A stretch of DNA of 64,000 nt from the NCBI GenBank assembly GCA_963737655.1, contig CAVTTN010000002.1:2752001-2816000 (forward strand), given 5' to 3'. The notes beneath the pieces were generated by a model. It saw nothing but the letters and a program-made list of their open reading frames with translations, had not been told where the DNA came from and did no database searches. Both the position numbers and the translations under genes were made by a program. The DNA comes from an uncultured Planctomycetota bacterium. Lineage in GTDB: Bacteria > Planctomycetota > Planctomycetia > Isosphaerales > Isosphaeraceae. This document shows, in pieces, positions 8,286 through 18,526 of this stretch (position 1 is the first letter of the stretch; each line of letters opens with the position of its first letter).

Positions 8286-9335
8286 CTAGAGCTGATCGGC
8301 CGAGACGATCTCGCTGCCGGCCCGGGTGGCGAGGCTCCTCCAGACCGGCGGGGTGATGCTCTCCTTGACGAAGTGGACCGAGCCATCGGCGAACAGGAAG
8401 TTCACGCCTCCGGGGTGGCGGCTCCAGTAGTCCTCGACGTGGGCCATCTTGTCGTTGGGGGTCCTCGTGCCGTCTTCCAGGCCGGCGGGGCCGAGGACCT
8501 GGGTCCAGGTCTCCTCGGGCGAGGGGTTGAACTGGTCGGTCCCGCCCTCGATCAGGGACGTCACGCCGAGCCATCCGTTGGGCGTCCGGGCCGTCCAGGT
8601 CACGTAGCTGAGGTTGTGGCTGCGTTCGCCGATGGCGATGGTCTGGCTCGTGCCGTCGACGATGTCGGCGATCCGTGTCCGGCTATTCCGGGAGAAGATC
8701 CCGACCGGCGAGCCGATCGAGCCGACGTTGGGCGAGTCGGTGGGCCCGGAGCCGCCGCAGATCTCTCCGACGCCCCACATCCCCACGTAATTGCCCCGGG
8801 CCACGCGGTCCAGGACGTTCGAGCCGCTGTACGAGCCGGGATTGGCCGGGTCGGGCGGGTCGGCGAAGACGGGGATGGTGTCGGGCCCGGAGTCCGACGG
8901 GCAGAGGTAGGAGCTCACGAGCGTCGTGCTCGACGTGTTGTTCGCCGCGAAGGCCACCGAGAGGTTGAAGTTGATCGAATTGAACAGCGGGCCCTGCTCG
9001 ATCTGGGGGAGGATCATGCTGCCCCAGGCCCAGCCGGTGCCGAGATCGATGCTCTTGGAGTTCTCGCTGTCCTGGTCGCACGGGTCGGTCACGGTCCGGT
9101 CGATGGCCGAGACGTAGCCGGGCGGGAAGACGCCGTGGGAGTCGAGGTAATTGTGCAGGGCCACGCCGATCTGCTTCAGGTTGTTGATGCATTGAGACCG
9201 CCGGGCGGCCTCTCTCGCGGCCTGGACCGCCGGCAAGAGCAGGGCGATCAAAACGCCGATGATGGCGATCACCACCAGCAGCTCAATCAGGGTGAAGCCG
9301 GGCCGACGGGCCCGGAGGGTGCGGAGTCGAGGCAT
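8286..9335 (-). CDS. DUF1559 (SBP_bac_10) prepilin-type N-methylation / H-X9-DG domain protein
   Basis: GFTLIELLVVIAIIGVLIALLLPAVQAAREAARR-x-C-x-NNLKQIG-ALHNY; DGTSQT; HPGGVNFLFADGSVHF. Confidence 0.95.
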   Translation of the reverse strand: MPRLRTLRARRPGFTLIELLVVIAIIGVLIALLLPAVQAAREAARRSQCINNLKQIGVALHNYLDSHGVFPPGYVSAIDRTVTDPCDQDSENSKSIDLGTGWAWGSMILPQIEQGPLFNSINFNLSVAFAANNTSSTTLVSSYLCPSDSGPDTIPVFADPPDPANPGSYSGSNVLDRVARGNYVGMWGVGEICGGSGPTDSPNVGSIGSPVGIFSRNSRTRIADIVDGTSQTIAIGERSHNLSYVTWTARTPNGWLGVTSLIEGGTDQFNPSPEETWTQVLGPAGLEDGTRTPNDKMAHVEDYWSRHPGGVNFLFADGSVHFVKESITPPVWRSLATRAGSEIVSADQL

Positions 9336-9494
9336 GGAAGGCTCCCGGGGCGCGCCGGGCCGAGCGAGGCTCGCTCGAGACGGCCGGCGCGTGGATAGGT
9401 CCGAATGGATGCGAGATCGACGGGAAGGACCGGGGACGGCCGAGGCGCGACGCGCGCCAGGGTCGCCTCTCATCGGGGCTTCGATCGAAGCACA

Positions 9495-9843
9495 TCAGAC
9501 GGACGGGGGCCCCGGGACGAGGGCCTCAGGGCGGCGAACGAGAGGAGGCGGGCGGTGGCCCGGCCCGGCAGGGGCGCGACGCGGGGGGCGTCGAGCGTGG
9601 GCGGCTCGCTCGGGCAGGCGATCAGGTTCGATCGGAGCTGGCAGGCCGGGCAATCGTCCCGGTCTCGACCGAGGTCCGGCGCCGGGTGGCCGGAAAGGTG
9701 CTCGCGGACGTCATCGCACGACGCCACGCACGCCGGATCGACCTGGGCCTCGTGGACGTGCCGATGCGCCCCTGCGCCCACATCGCCGCGACGACGTAGG
9801 CCAGGGTCAGCCAGGCTCGGACGCGGCGACGGGCCTCGACCAC
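9495..9843 (-). CDS. DUF2946/CruR-like leader protein (two apparent homopolymer frameshifts)
   Basis: Repaired sequence: basic N-terminus + hydrophobic helix (RRRVRAWLTLAYVVAAMWAQG), HRHVH, DDCPAC, Pro-rich region, ending SSRGPPSV* if one base is restored near 9772 and one near 9505. Confidence 0.65.
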
Positions 9844-10229
9844 GGGCAATCACTCGGGATCCAAGGGCGGTGATCGGTCGTTCCGATCCGCAAATTAACT
9901 TAAGACGACCCGGCCGGCCCTGTCAAGCCGGGACCTCACCGACGCAAGATCGATCTGGGGTTCCAGCTGGAGGATCGGACGCCCTCTCCCCCGACCCCGG
10001 AGCGGAGGGTAAGCGCCGCTCCGACGGAAGGACGGATCGACCTTGCTCACCGGCGACGGGCCGTAACGCAGGTCCGTATCCCGGCGGAATCCGGTCTCCC
10101 GGAAACGGGGAAGGCCGGGGATGACCACGTTGAGGTCGGACACTCGCGCGGTTAGTCTGGGGCTTGCGATGCCGCGATCCCGGGCTCTCCCCGCCCCCCA
10201 GGCCCCCGAATGGATTGTGAAGGCCCACC

Positions 10230-12701
10230 ATGCCGATCCGCGTGGTTTGCTCGTCGTGCCAGGCCGGGTTCCAGGTCGCCGACGAGGCCGCCGGCAAGCG
10301 GGGCAAGTGCCCCCGGTGCAAGTCTCCGGTGACGATCCCCCGGCCCGACGCCCGGCTCGCCGCCCTGGCCGACGAGGACGACTCGCCCTACGAGCTCGCC
10401 GGGACGACCGGACGGCCCCGGGTCGCGTCGTCGTCGCCGTCGGGGGTCGTCGGCGCGAAGTCCTCGGGGCCTCTTGTCCTGACCGACGCCGATGCCGTGA
10501 CCGAGGCGACCCTGACCCGCGCCCAGATCCTCTCCGCGTTCCAGGAGTACATCGAGCCGGTCAAGCCGACGGCCGCCTATCGCGCGATGGTCGCCCTGGT
10601 GGCCGCGGCGATGGTCGTGCTCCCCTTGATCTATCTGAGCCTGATCGGGCTGATCGCCTACGCGGTGTTCTGGCACGCGTCCACCAACTACACGATCTTC
10701 AACCACGTCCAGGGGGCCAATGCCGGCAAGGGGGCGTTCTTCGTCTACGTGGTGCCGATCGTGGCCGGGTTCGCCATGATCGCGTTCCTGACCAAGCCCC
10801 TCTTCGCGAAGTCCGGCGGGGCCGACAAGACGCGGTCGCTCGACCCGTCCAAGGAACCGCTCCTCTTCGCGTTCGTGGACGGCGTGTGCTCCACCGTCGG
10901 CGCGCCGACACCCACGAGGATCGACGTGGATTGCCGGGTCAACGCCTCGGCCGGGTTCGAGGGCGGGCCCGTGTCGATCCTCAACCGGAGGCTCGTCCTG
11001 ACGATCGGCCTCCCGCTGGCGGCGGGCCTGGACATCAAGCAGTTCGCCGGGGTGCTCGCCCACGAGTTCGGCCACTTCTCCCAGGGGACCGGGATGAGGG
11101 TCTCGTTCCTCATCCGATCCATCAACATGTGGTTCGCCCGGGTCGTCTACGAGCGCGACTCCTGGGACGACGGCCTGGCGCAGATGTGCCGGTCCGATCC
11201 CAGGCTCGCCGTGATCGGCTGGTCGATCCGGGGGGTCGTCTGGCTCTCGCGACGGGTCCTGTGGCTCCTGATGATGCTCGGCCACGTGATCAGCGGCTTC
11301 CTCCTCCGCCAGATGGAGTTCGACGCCGACCGCTACGAGGCCCGGACCGTCGGCGGAGAGGTGTTCGAGTCCACCGCCCGGAGGCTCCACGTCCTGAACG
11401 TGGCGAACAATGGCGCCTTCATCGACCTCTCGGAGTCCTGGCGAGAAAACCGGCTGGCGGACAACCTGCCGAAGCTGATCATGGCCAACGTCCGGCAGAT
11501 TCCCCAGGAGGCGCTCGACAAGATCGACGACGCCGTGACCCAGGGCAAGACCGGCCTGTTCGACACCCACCCCTGCGACCGGGAACGCATCCTCCGCGCC
11601 CACGCCGAGGACGCCGACGGCGTGTTCCGCCTCGAAGGCAAGGCCAGCGACGTCTTCCGCGACTTCGACGGCCTCTGCCGGGCCTCCACGTTCGACACCT
11701 ACAAGGCGATCTTCGGCCGCAACGGCGTCTCCAAGGAGCAGCTCCAGCCGGTGGCGGAGGTCGTCCGCACCACCGAGGCCTCGTTCGAGGGGAACAAGGC
11801 GATGGCCCGGGTCTTCCAGGGCGTCTTCCATCCCTTCCGGCCCCTGAACTTCCCGCCCGAGCCCCCGAAGCCGCCGGCCGACCCGAAGCTCGGCCGGGCC
11901 AACCTGATCAAGGCCCGAGACCGGATGGCCGAGACCGCCGAGGCCTATCGCGACCGCCTCCCCGAGTTCGACGAGATCAACGCCCGGGCGATGAAGGCCG
12001 AGGCGGCGGTCTTCCTGGCCAAGGCCGACTTCAAGTTCCGGGCCGGCGAGTTCGGTCTCCGGCGCGCCACCGTCGAGGCCGCCTCCGAGGCCGACGCCGA
12101 GGCCAAGGCCGACCTGGACGCCCTCGACGAGGCCCTGAGCATCCGCGAGAGCGCCGCCATCCGAAGGATTCACGCCGCCCTGTCGCTCCTGGAGATCGAC
12201 ACGGTGGCCGAGGTCGTCCCCTCGGGCCGGGACCTCCGCGAAGAGGCGAGGGTGCTCTATCCGGTCGCCGGGCACATCGGCCGCCACTCGATGCCCGCGC
12301 TCCGGGCCGCCTTGCAGTCGCAGCAGGCGCTCATCGCGGTCTGCGGAAAGATCCAGGGGAACGAGCAGAACGAACGGATCTTCAACGCCGTCCGACGAGG
12401 CGGCAAGAGGCTCCGCGACGTCTTGCAGGAGCTCGGCTGGAAGCTGGGCAACTCGGTGGCCTACCCGTTCGAACACGGAGACGGCCAGGTCTCGCTCGGC
12501 CAGTACGCCCTGCCCCGCGTGCCCAACCCCGACGACATCAACGGCCTGCTCAACGCCACGGGCCAGGCCGTGGACAAGACGATTGCCCTCTACTATCGCG
12601 TCCTCGGCCGGCTCACGCTCGCGGCCGAAGAGGTCGAGAAGGCCATCGGCCTCAAGCCCCTGCCCGCCTTGCCGAAGGACGACGCCGAGGAGAAGGCGTA
12701 A
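10230..12701 (+). CDS. M48 family zinc metalloprotease with N-terminal zinc ribbon and long C-terminal extension
   Basis: CSSC...CPRC ribbon, TM helices, NA motif, LAHEFGH, QMEFDAD, DTHP. Confidence 0.88.
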   Translation: MPIRVVCSSCQAGFQVADEAAGKRGKCPRCKSPVTIPRPDARLAALADEDDSPYELAGTTGRPRVASSSPSGVVGAKSSGPLVLTDADAVTEATLTRAQILSAFQEYIEPVKPTAAYRAMVALVAAAMVVLPLIYLSLIGLIAYAVFWHASTNYTIFNHVQGANAGKGAFFVYVVPIVAGFAMIAFLTKPLFAKSGGADKTRSLDPSKEPLLFAFVDGVCSTVGAPTPTRIDVDCRVNASAGFEGGPVSILNRRLVLTIGLPLAAGLDIKQFAGVLAHEFGHFSQGTGMRVSFLIRSINMWFARVVYERDSWDDGLAQMCRSDPRLAVIGWSIRGVVWLSRRVLWLLMMLGHVISGFLLRQMEFDADRYEARTVGGEVFESTARRLHVLNVANNGAFIDLSESWRENRLADNLPKLIMANVRQIPQEALDKIDDAVTQGKTGLFDTHPCDRERILRAHAEDADGVFRLEGKASDVFRDFDGLCRASTFDTYKAIFGRNGVSKEQLQPVAEVVRTTEASFEGNKAMARVFQGVFHPFRPLNFPPEPPKPPADPKLGRANLIKARDRMAETAEAYRDRLPEFDEINARAMKAEAAVFLAKADFKFRAGEFGLRRATVEAASEADAEAKADLDALDEALSIRESAAIRRIHAALSLLEIDTVAEVVPSGRDLREEARVLYPVAGHIGRHSMPALRAALQSQQALIAVCGKIQGNEQNERIFNAVRRGGKRLRDVLQELGWKLGNSVAYPFEHGDGQVSLGQYALPRVPNPDDINGLLNATGQAVDKTIALYYRVLGRLTLAAEEVEKAIGLKPLPALPKDDAEEKA

Positions 12702-12710
12702 GGCCATCTT

Positions 12711-13271
12711 TCAGGAGAAGACCCGATCGACGGCGACCCGCCAGCCCGGGACCGCCGGCTCGGCGTCGGCCGAGTCCCCGGGGCGGGAGATGGTCGGCGA
12801 ATCCGGGGCGTCGCTCCGGTACGACCGGATCTCCTTCGCCACCGGGTCCACGTCCCAGACGACGAGCGTGCCGGCCTCGAAGTAATCGGCCCGTTTGTCG
12901 GCGATCTCGCGATCGGCGGCCGGTCCATGATCCCCCTCGGAGCGGACCTCGACGGCGAACGTCGGGGGGGCGTCGAGGAACCGCATCGGCCGGGCGGGCA
13001 TCGGGCCGTCGAAAAACGCGGCGTCGGGGCAGAACGATTCGCGGCCGGACGAGAGCTCGGGGACCATGAAGCCCATCATCCCGGCGAAGGCGAAGCCCCC
13101 ACCTCTCCGTTCGGCCCATTCCTCCATGGCCCTGGAGATTCTCCCGGCGGCGCGGATCGTCGCAAAACCTCCGGGAGGAAATTCGACGATGCGCCCGCCG
13201 ATCAACTCCGCTTTTCCCCGGACGCGGAGCAGGTCATCGACCGTTGCCCGAGCCGGTCCCGCGATGGCCAT
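12711..13271 (-). CDS. Uma2 (DUF820) family endonuclease-like protein
   Basis: ELIGG, PDAAF, PTFAVEVRS, KRADYFEAGTLVVWDVDP. Confidence 0.9.
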   Translation of the reverse strand: MAIAGPARATVDDLLRVRGKAELIGGRIVEFPPGGFATIRAAGRISRAMEEWAERRGGGFAFAGMMGFMVPELSSGRESFCPDAAFFDGPMPARPMRFLDAPPTFAVEVRSEGDHGPAADREIADKRADYFEAGTLVVWDVDPVAKEIRSYRSDAPDSPTISRPGDSADAEPAVPGWRVAVDRVFS

Positions 13272-13356
13272 GATCTCGCCCCGATCTCCTGGAGTGGTCG
13301 ATCTCCCCGATTGTCTCCGCCGCGATCGGGCCGGGTCCACGACGGCCCTTCTTGGT

Positions 13357-14370
13357 CTACGATCGACCCGCCGACGCCTCCTTCGGCCTCCTCAGGTGGT
13401 TCCTCAGGTCTCGCAACGGCCCGAGGTTCATCGGGAAGTGCGGCGGGGCGATCGGCGATTTTGCGAGCTTCAGGCGCTCGGCCCGGCGGGATCGAAAGGT
13501 GGGGAGGGCCCGGATCGCGTCGATCTTGCCGAGCGCGAAGGGCCGGAATCGGCCCCGGGCGAGCCTCCAGATGGCTTGAATCGTCGTGAATCCCAGGTGA
13601 GGGACGATCGCCGCCATCAGCCACGGGGCCGGCAGGCTCGTCCAGAAGAGGATCTCGGCGTTCCGGCTCATCCGGCGCTGGAGATCGGGCCGGGAGTGGT
13701 CGTAGCTGGCCGAGACGTCGTGCAAGATCCGGCAATCGGGGGCGAAGGCGCAGGAATAGCCGGCCCAGCGGAGCCGGAACGCCAGGTCCACGTCTTCATA
13801 ATACGAGCCGAACGCCGGGTCGAACGGGCCGACCTTGCTCAGGGCCTCGGCCCGATAGAAGGCGCTGGAGCCGCTCGCGCCGAAAACCCGGTCGGGGGGC
13901 CGATCCGCCCAGAGGTCCGCCGGCTCGCCGTGCCCTCGTTTGCTCGGCCAACCGATCAGCGCGTACTGATCGCCGGCCGAATCGACCCGGGTCGGGTCCG
14001 ATCGGACCAGGACCAGAGGGGCGACCGAGCCGACCGAGGGGTCGTCGAAGGGCCTCAAGCCGGCCTCGACCCAACCTTCGGAGACCTCGGTGTCGTTGTT
14101 CAGGAGCTGGACGAATTCGCCCCGAGAGGCGGCGATCCCCGCGTTGGCGGCGGCGCAGAAGCCGCCGTTACGTCCCATCCGCACGACTTGAACGTAAGGA
14201 TGAGCGTCCAGGAGCCACTCGGACGTTCCGTCCGTCGAGGCGTCGTCGGCGACGACGACCTCGACCCCGCGTCCCGGCCGGAATCGGGCGATGCTGGCCA
14301 GGCAGGTCTCCAGGAGGTGCCGGCCGTTGTAGGTCGGGATCACGACCGAGAGCCGGGGCCGGTCGCTCAT
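13357..14370 (-). CDS. Glycosyltransferase family 2 (WbbL-like)
   Basis: SVVIPTYNG, VADDASTDGT, NGGFCAAANAG, LLNND, YYEDVD. Confidence 0.92.
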   Translation of the reverse strand: MSDRPRLSVVIPTYNGRHLLETCLASIARFRPGRGVEVVVADDASTDGTSEWLLDAHPYVQVVRMGRNGGFCAAANAGIAASRGEFVQLLNNDTEVSEGWVEAGLRPFDDPSVGSVAPLVLVRSDPTRVDSAGDQYALIGWPSKRGHGEPADLWADRPPDRVFGASGSSAFYRAEALSKVGPFDPAFGSYYEDVDLAFRLRWAGYSCAFAPDCRILHDVSASYDHSRPDLQRRMSRNAEILFWTSLPAPWLMAAIVPHLGFTTIQAIWRLARGRFRPFALGKIDAIRALPTFRSRRAERLKLAKSPIAPPHFPMNLGPLRDLRNHLRRPKEASAGRS

Positions 14371-15436
14371 CCGTCTCGTCTCCGAGGGGTCGCCGTCCAG
14401 CTCGTCTTGCCCGCGACGACGTGCTGGACGGTCATCACGAGGATGGTCAGGTCGAGCACGAACGACCACCGGCCGATGTAATCCAGGTCGTACTGCACCC
14501 GCTTTCGCAGCGAGGTCCGGCCTCGCCAGCCGTGGACCTGGGCCCAGCCGGTCATCCCCACCGGGACGGCGTGGCGGAACTCGTAGTCCGGCACGTCCTG
14601 GCGGAACTTCTCGACGAACATCGGCCGCTCCGGCCTCGGGCCGACGAGGCTCATGTGGCCCATCAACACGTTGAAGAGCTGGGGCAATTCGTCGATGTTC
14701 GTATGGCGGAGCCAGTCGCCGATCCGGGTGCATCGGCGGTCGTGGTCCTCGGCCCAGATCGGCCCGGTCTGGGTCTCGGCGTCGGTCGTCATGCTGCGGA
14801 ACTTGACGATCCGGAACCGCCGGCCCCCCTGCCCGACCCGCTCCTGGGTGTAGAAGATCGGCCGACCCGTGGTGATCAGGATCATCAGGGCGACGACCAG
14901 GAACAGAGGGGCCAGCATCGCCAGGCCGACCACCGCGCCGAAGACGTCCAGGGCCCGCTTGGCGGCCAGGGCGGCGCGGACCGACAGCGACCGGCGATGG
15001 ACGGTCCACAGGGGATCGGCCGGGGGTTCCAGGCCCTCCTCTCCGGCGCGAGGACGTCCTCGACCCAGTGGACGCGGACGTCCCCCGGAGGGGCGCCGAG
15101 GTCGGTGATCGCCGGCTTCAGCCTGCGGGCCGGCAGGCCGGAGAGGGCGACGACGACGTCGGTGGCCCGGGAGCGATCGACGAGCTCGGCCAGGTTCTCG
15201 ACGCTGCCGAGGATCGGCACGGGGTCGCTCTTGGGGTGGACGACCAGTTGCCGGCCTCGGCCGGAGAGGTCCACGAAGCCGACGACCGGGACGCCGGAGA
15301 ACGGGCCTCGCTCCAGGCACCGGGCGAGGACGCGGACCCGTCTTCGGGCCCCGACGAGGAGCAATCGGCCCCGATCTCCTCGGGGCAATCCCGGACGAGG
15401 GGGGTCGCTCGATCCGGCGGGGGTCGTTTCGGTCAT
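14367..15436 (-). CDS. Polyprenyl-phosphate sugar phosphotransferase (WcaJ/WbaP-like), frameshift near 15040
   Basis: KRALDV, single TM, KFRSM, IDELPQLFNVL-GHMSLVGPRPE, GMTGWAQVHG, DLDYI; N-terminal Rossmann-like part lies in another frame (ORF 14885..15445). Confidence 0.88.
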
Positions 15437-15666
15437 GGTCGGCACCGATCCATCGGTGGGGGATCGGGGGAGGATCCGGGCCCCAGCCCGGTCCGGCCCC
15501 CGATCGGGCCTCGTCTCGCGTCCGGTCCGTTCCGGGGAAAAGACACGACGGCCTCGCCGTCCGTGGCGAGGCGAGCGGAGAGGGGGCCGGGCGATCCGTG
15601 CTCGCCCCCTCGATGGGGAAGGAATCCCTCAAGGTCATCCATCGGCCGGCCCGACGCTTGATTCCA

Positions 15667-16809
15667 ATGAATCCGCCGGAGTCGGCCTTGAGGCCGGAAA
15701 TCGTCCCGAGTAAGGTCCGCCGCGTGATCCTCCCCTCCCAAGACCCGCCGGCCTCCGCGATCTCGGCCGAGCCCCCGAGGCTGGCCGTGGTGATCGTCAA
15801 TTACAACGGCTGGCCCGACGTGGCGAGCCTGGTTGCCTCGCTGGCCGCCGAGCCCGAGGTCGGTTCCGGCCGGGCCGAGGTGATCGTCGTGGACAACGCC
15901 TCGGTCGGGCCGATCCCGGCCGATCTCGACCCGCCTCCTCGCGGAGTCCGCCTGGTCCTCCGGGCCGACAATGGCGGGTTCTCCGCCGGGGTGAACGCGG
16001 GGTGGCGAACGAGCCGGGCCCCCTGGGTCTTGCTGATGAACCCCGACGTGGCGATCGACGCCGGGCGGATCGGCCGGGTCCTCGGCCGGATCGACGCCTT
16101 CGAGGCCAGGCCCGAGGGGCCGCCGGGGGTCGTCGGATTCGGCCTGAGGAACGCCGACGGCTCGCCCCAACCGTCCGTCGGGGCCGAGCCGAGGCTCGTC
16201 CGGAGCCTCTGGGGGCAGTTCATACCCCGATCCCGCCGGAAATACCAGCCCGAGTGGCGGACCCGCCCCGGACCCGTCTCGTGGGTCACCGGCGCCTGCC
16301 TCCTCGTCGATTCCCGGCTGATGGCCGAACTCGGCGGGATGGACGAGCGGTTCTTCCTCTACTACGAGGAAGTGGCGCTGTGCGTGATGGCCCGCACGCG
16401 GGGCCGATCGGTCGAGTTCGACCCGAGCGTGACCGTCCGGCACCTCAAGCCGTTGCAGGATCGCGCCATCTCTCCGCGAATCCGGGTCTTCACCCGCCAC
16501 GGCAAGTTGCTGTTTTTCCGGGAGTTCCGCCCGCGATGGGAATTCCGGGCGTTGTGCGCGATCATCCGGGCCGAGGCGGCGATCCGGGGGGCGATCTCGC
16601 GACTCCGGGGCGATCGGGAGTCGCGAGGGGCGTGGAAGGCGATCGGGGCGATCGCGGCGGGCTTCCGACGAGGCGAGCCCCTGTTCGGGACGGACGTCCG
16701 GGACCTGGCCTCCGCCTCGACGGCCACCCCGACGGCGATCCCGTCGCACCATCTGCAACGATTGCCCGATCTGGAGAAAAGGCGGGACGGGGTCTCGGCC
16801 GATACCTAG
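15667..16809 (+). CDS. Glycosyltransferase family 2
   Basis: VVIVNYN, VVDNAS, NGGFSAGVNAG, MNPD, WVTGAC, DERFFLYYEE; start position uncertain. Confidence 0.9.
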   Translation: MNPPESALRPEIVPSKVRRVILPSQDPPASAISAEPPRLAVVIVNYNGWPDVASLVASLAAEPEVGSGRAEVIVVDNASVGPIPADLDPPPRGVRLVLRADNGGFSAGVNAGWRTSRAPWVLLMNPDVAIDAGRIGRVLGRIDAFEARPEGPPGVVGFGLRNADGSPQPSVGAEPRLVRSLWGQFIPRSRRKYQPEWRTRPGPVSWVTGACLLVDSRLMAELGGMDERFFLYYEEVALCVMARTRGRSVEFDPSVTVRHLKPLQDRAISPRIRVFTRHGKLLFFREFRPRWEFRALCAIIRAEAAIRGAISRLRGDRESRGAWKAIGAIAAGFRRGEPLFGTDVRDLASASTATPTAIPSHHLQRLPDLEKRRDGVSADT

Positions 16810-16971
16810 CGAGGGCGAAGCCCTCTGCGTCGAGGAAACGGCCCGGTCGGTCTCCGCGACTGGGCTTGCCTCGAATCGCGTCTTATTGGAAGGTATCGCG
16901 ACACCCTGCCGACGATCTGTCGGCGGGCCCGGGCCAGGGACGGCCCGGGGCGTGTCCAGGGAGGGACCGGC

Positions 16972-18525
16972 GTGACGACGACTGGGCATGGGGTCCGCAT
17001 CGGCCTGCTGATGGTCCTGGCCGCCGGGCTGCTCGGCTGGCTCTCGACCCACACGGCCATCTTCTTCGATGATGGCCTCCGCTACATCTCCCAGGCCCAG
17101 AGGCTGGAGGCCGGCTCCCTCGTCGCGGGCCTCCTCCGAGCCGTCGATCACCCGGCGTATCCGGTCGCCATCGCTCTGGCCCATCGGGGCGCCGGCGGGG
17201 ATTCTCCCGAGTCGTGGCAGAGCGCGGCCCAGGCCGCGTCGTGCCTGATCGGCATGCTCCTGGTCGTGCCGCTGTACCTCGTCGCCAACGAGCTGTTCGG
17301 CCCGAAACGGGCCTGGCTCGGCGTCGTCCTCACGTTCGCCGTGCCGCTGACCGGCCACGTCCTGGCCGATGTTTTGAGCGAAGGGACCTTCCTTCTCTTC
17401 TGGATGTGGGGGCTGTATACCGCCCTGAGGTTCCTGAGAGACGGCCGGTTCGCGTGGCTCCCGCCCATGATCGCGCTGTCGGCGATGGCGTACCTGAGCC
17501 GGCCCGAGGGGATCTTGCTGCCGGCGGCGATGGTCGCGACGTTGCTCGTGATGCCGATCCTCCGGGCGACCCGGATGAACTGGCCGCGATGGTGGGCGGC
17601 CGTGGCGCTCCTGATCGTCGGCCCGGGATTGCTGGTGGGCCCGTACGTCGCGGCGAAGGGCGGGCTCGGCACGAAGCCGGCCGTCCAGCGCCTCCTGGGG
17701 ACCGCGCCGGCCTCCGCGCCCGACGCCGTCGAACGCGCCCGGCCGCTCGACCCGAACCAATCGACGGCGAAGACCGTGGCGCTGGCGGGCAAGGCGGTCT
17801 TCGAGGCGATCCGCGACTCGGTCACGATCCCTCTGCTGCCCCTGAGCGTCGTCGGCCTGGTGGTCGCGTGCCGGAGGCCCAACGGCCGGGGCCGCGCCTG
17901 GCTGTTCCTCGGGATCATGGGGACGGCCGCGCTCCTGGCGTTGATGAGGCTCCACGCCACGGGCGGCTATTGCAGCCCGCGTCACACGATGGTCCTCGCC
18001 ATGATCCTGATCCCCGCCGCCGGGGCCGGGCTCGACGCGATCCTGACTCGATTGACGATCCCCGGCCGCTGGTTCGGCCTGGGCGACGCCCGATTCAAGG
18101 CGGGCCCGGCGGTCTGGATCGCCCTGATGGCCGGCTTCGTCGCCCTGAACGCCTCGGCCCTGATGGAGCCGATCAACCTGGGCAAGGCGGGGTATCGCGA
18201 CGCCGGCCAGTGGATCAAGGGGAACGTCCCGCCCGGTGCGAAGGTCGTCGATGTGACCGGGCTGACCCTGTTCTACGGCGAGAGGCCCGGCTACACCTTC
18301 GCCAACCTCGACCAGGCCCCGGGCGATCCCGTCCTGCAATGGGTCGTCGCCCGCGAGAGCCACCTCAAGGGCCCGTGGTGGTATTGCCGGACGCTCAAGG
18401 AGCTCGTCGGCGACGCCCCGCCGGTGGCCTCGTATCCCGCCGACCCCCGGCCCGGACAGTCCAAGGTGCTGATCTTCCGCCGCCCCGAGAAGGTCGCGGC
18501 CGTCCGTCCCGGGGAGACTCGCTGA
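16972..18525 (+). CDS. Multi-pass GT-C fold glycosyltransferase (ArnT/PMT-like)
   Basis: TM1 followed by DDGLRY and HPAYP loop, LSE, YLSRPEG, many TM helices, C-terminal soluble domain. Confidence 0.75.
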   Translation: MTTTGHGVRIGLLMVLAAGLLGWLSTHTAIFFDDGLRYISQAQRLEAGSLVAGLLRAVDHPAYPVAIALAHRGAGGDSPESWQSAAQAASCLIGMLLVVPLYLVANELFGPKRAWLGVVLTFAVPLTGHVLADVLSEGTFLLFWMWGLYTALRFLRDGRFAWLPPMIALSAMAYLSRPEGILLPAAMVATLLVMPILRATRMNWPRWWAAVALLIVGPGLLVGPYVAAKGGLGTKPAVQRLLGTAPASAPDAVERARPLDPNQSTAKTVALAGKAVFEAIRDSVTIPLLPLSVVGLVVACRRPNGRGRAWLFLGIMGTAALLALMRLHATGGYCSPRHTMVLAMILIPAAGAGLDAILTRLTIPGRWFGLGDARFKAGPAVWIALMAGFVALNASALMEPINLGKAGYRDAGQWIKGNVPPGAKVVDVTGLTLFYGERPGYTFANLDQAPGDPVLQWVVARESHLKGPWWYCRTLKELVGDAPPVASYPADPRPGQSKVLIFRRPEKVAAVRPGETR

Positions 18526-18526
18526 G

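Noticed and set aside
12711..13271. Uma2 protein as part of a restriction or defence system
   Set aside because: Stand-alone member of a family commonly expanded in planctomycetes; no methylase or defence partners adjacent
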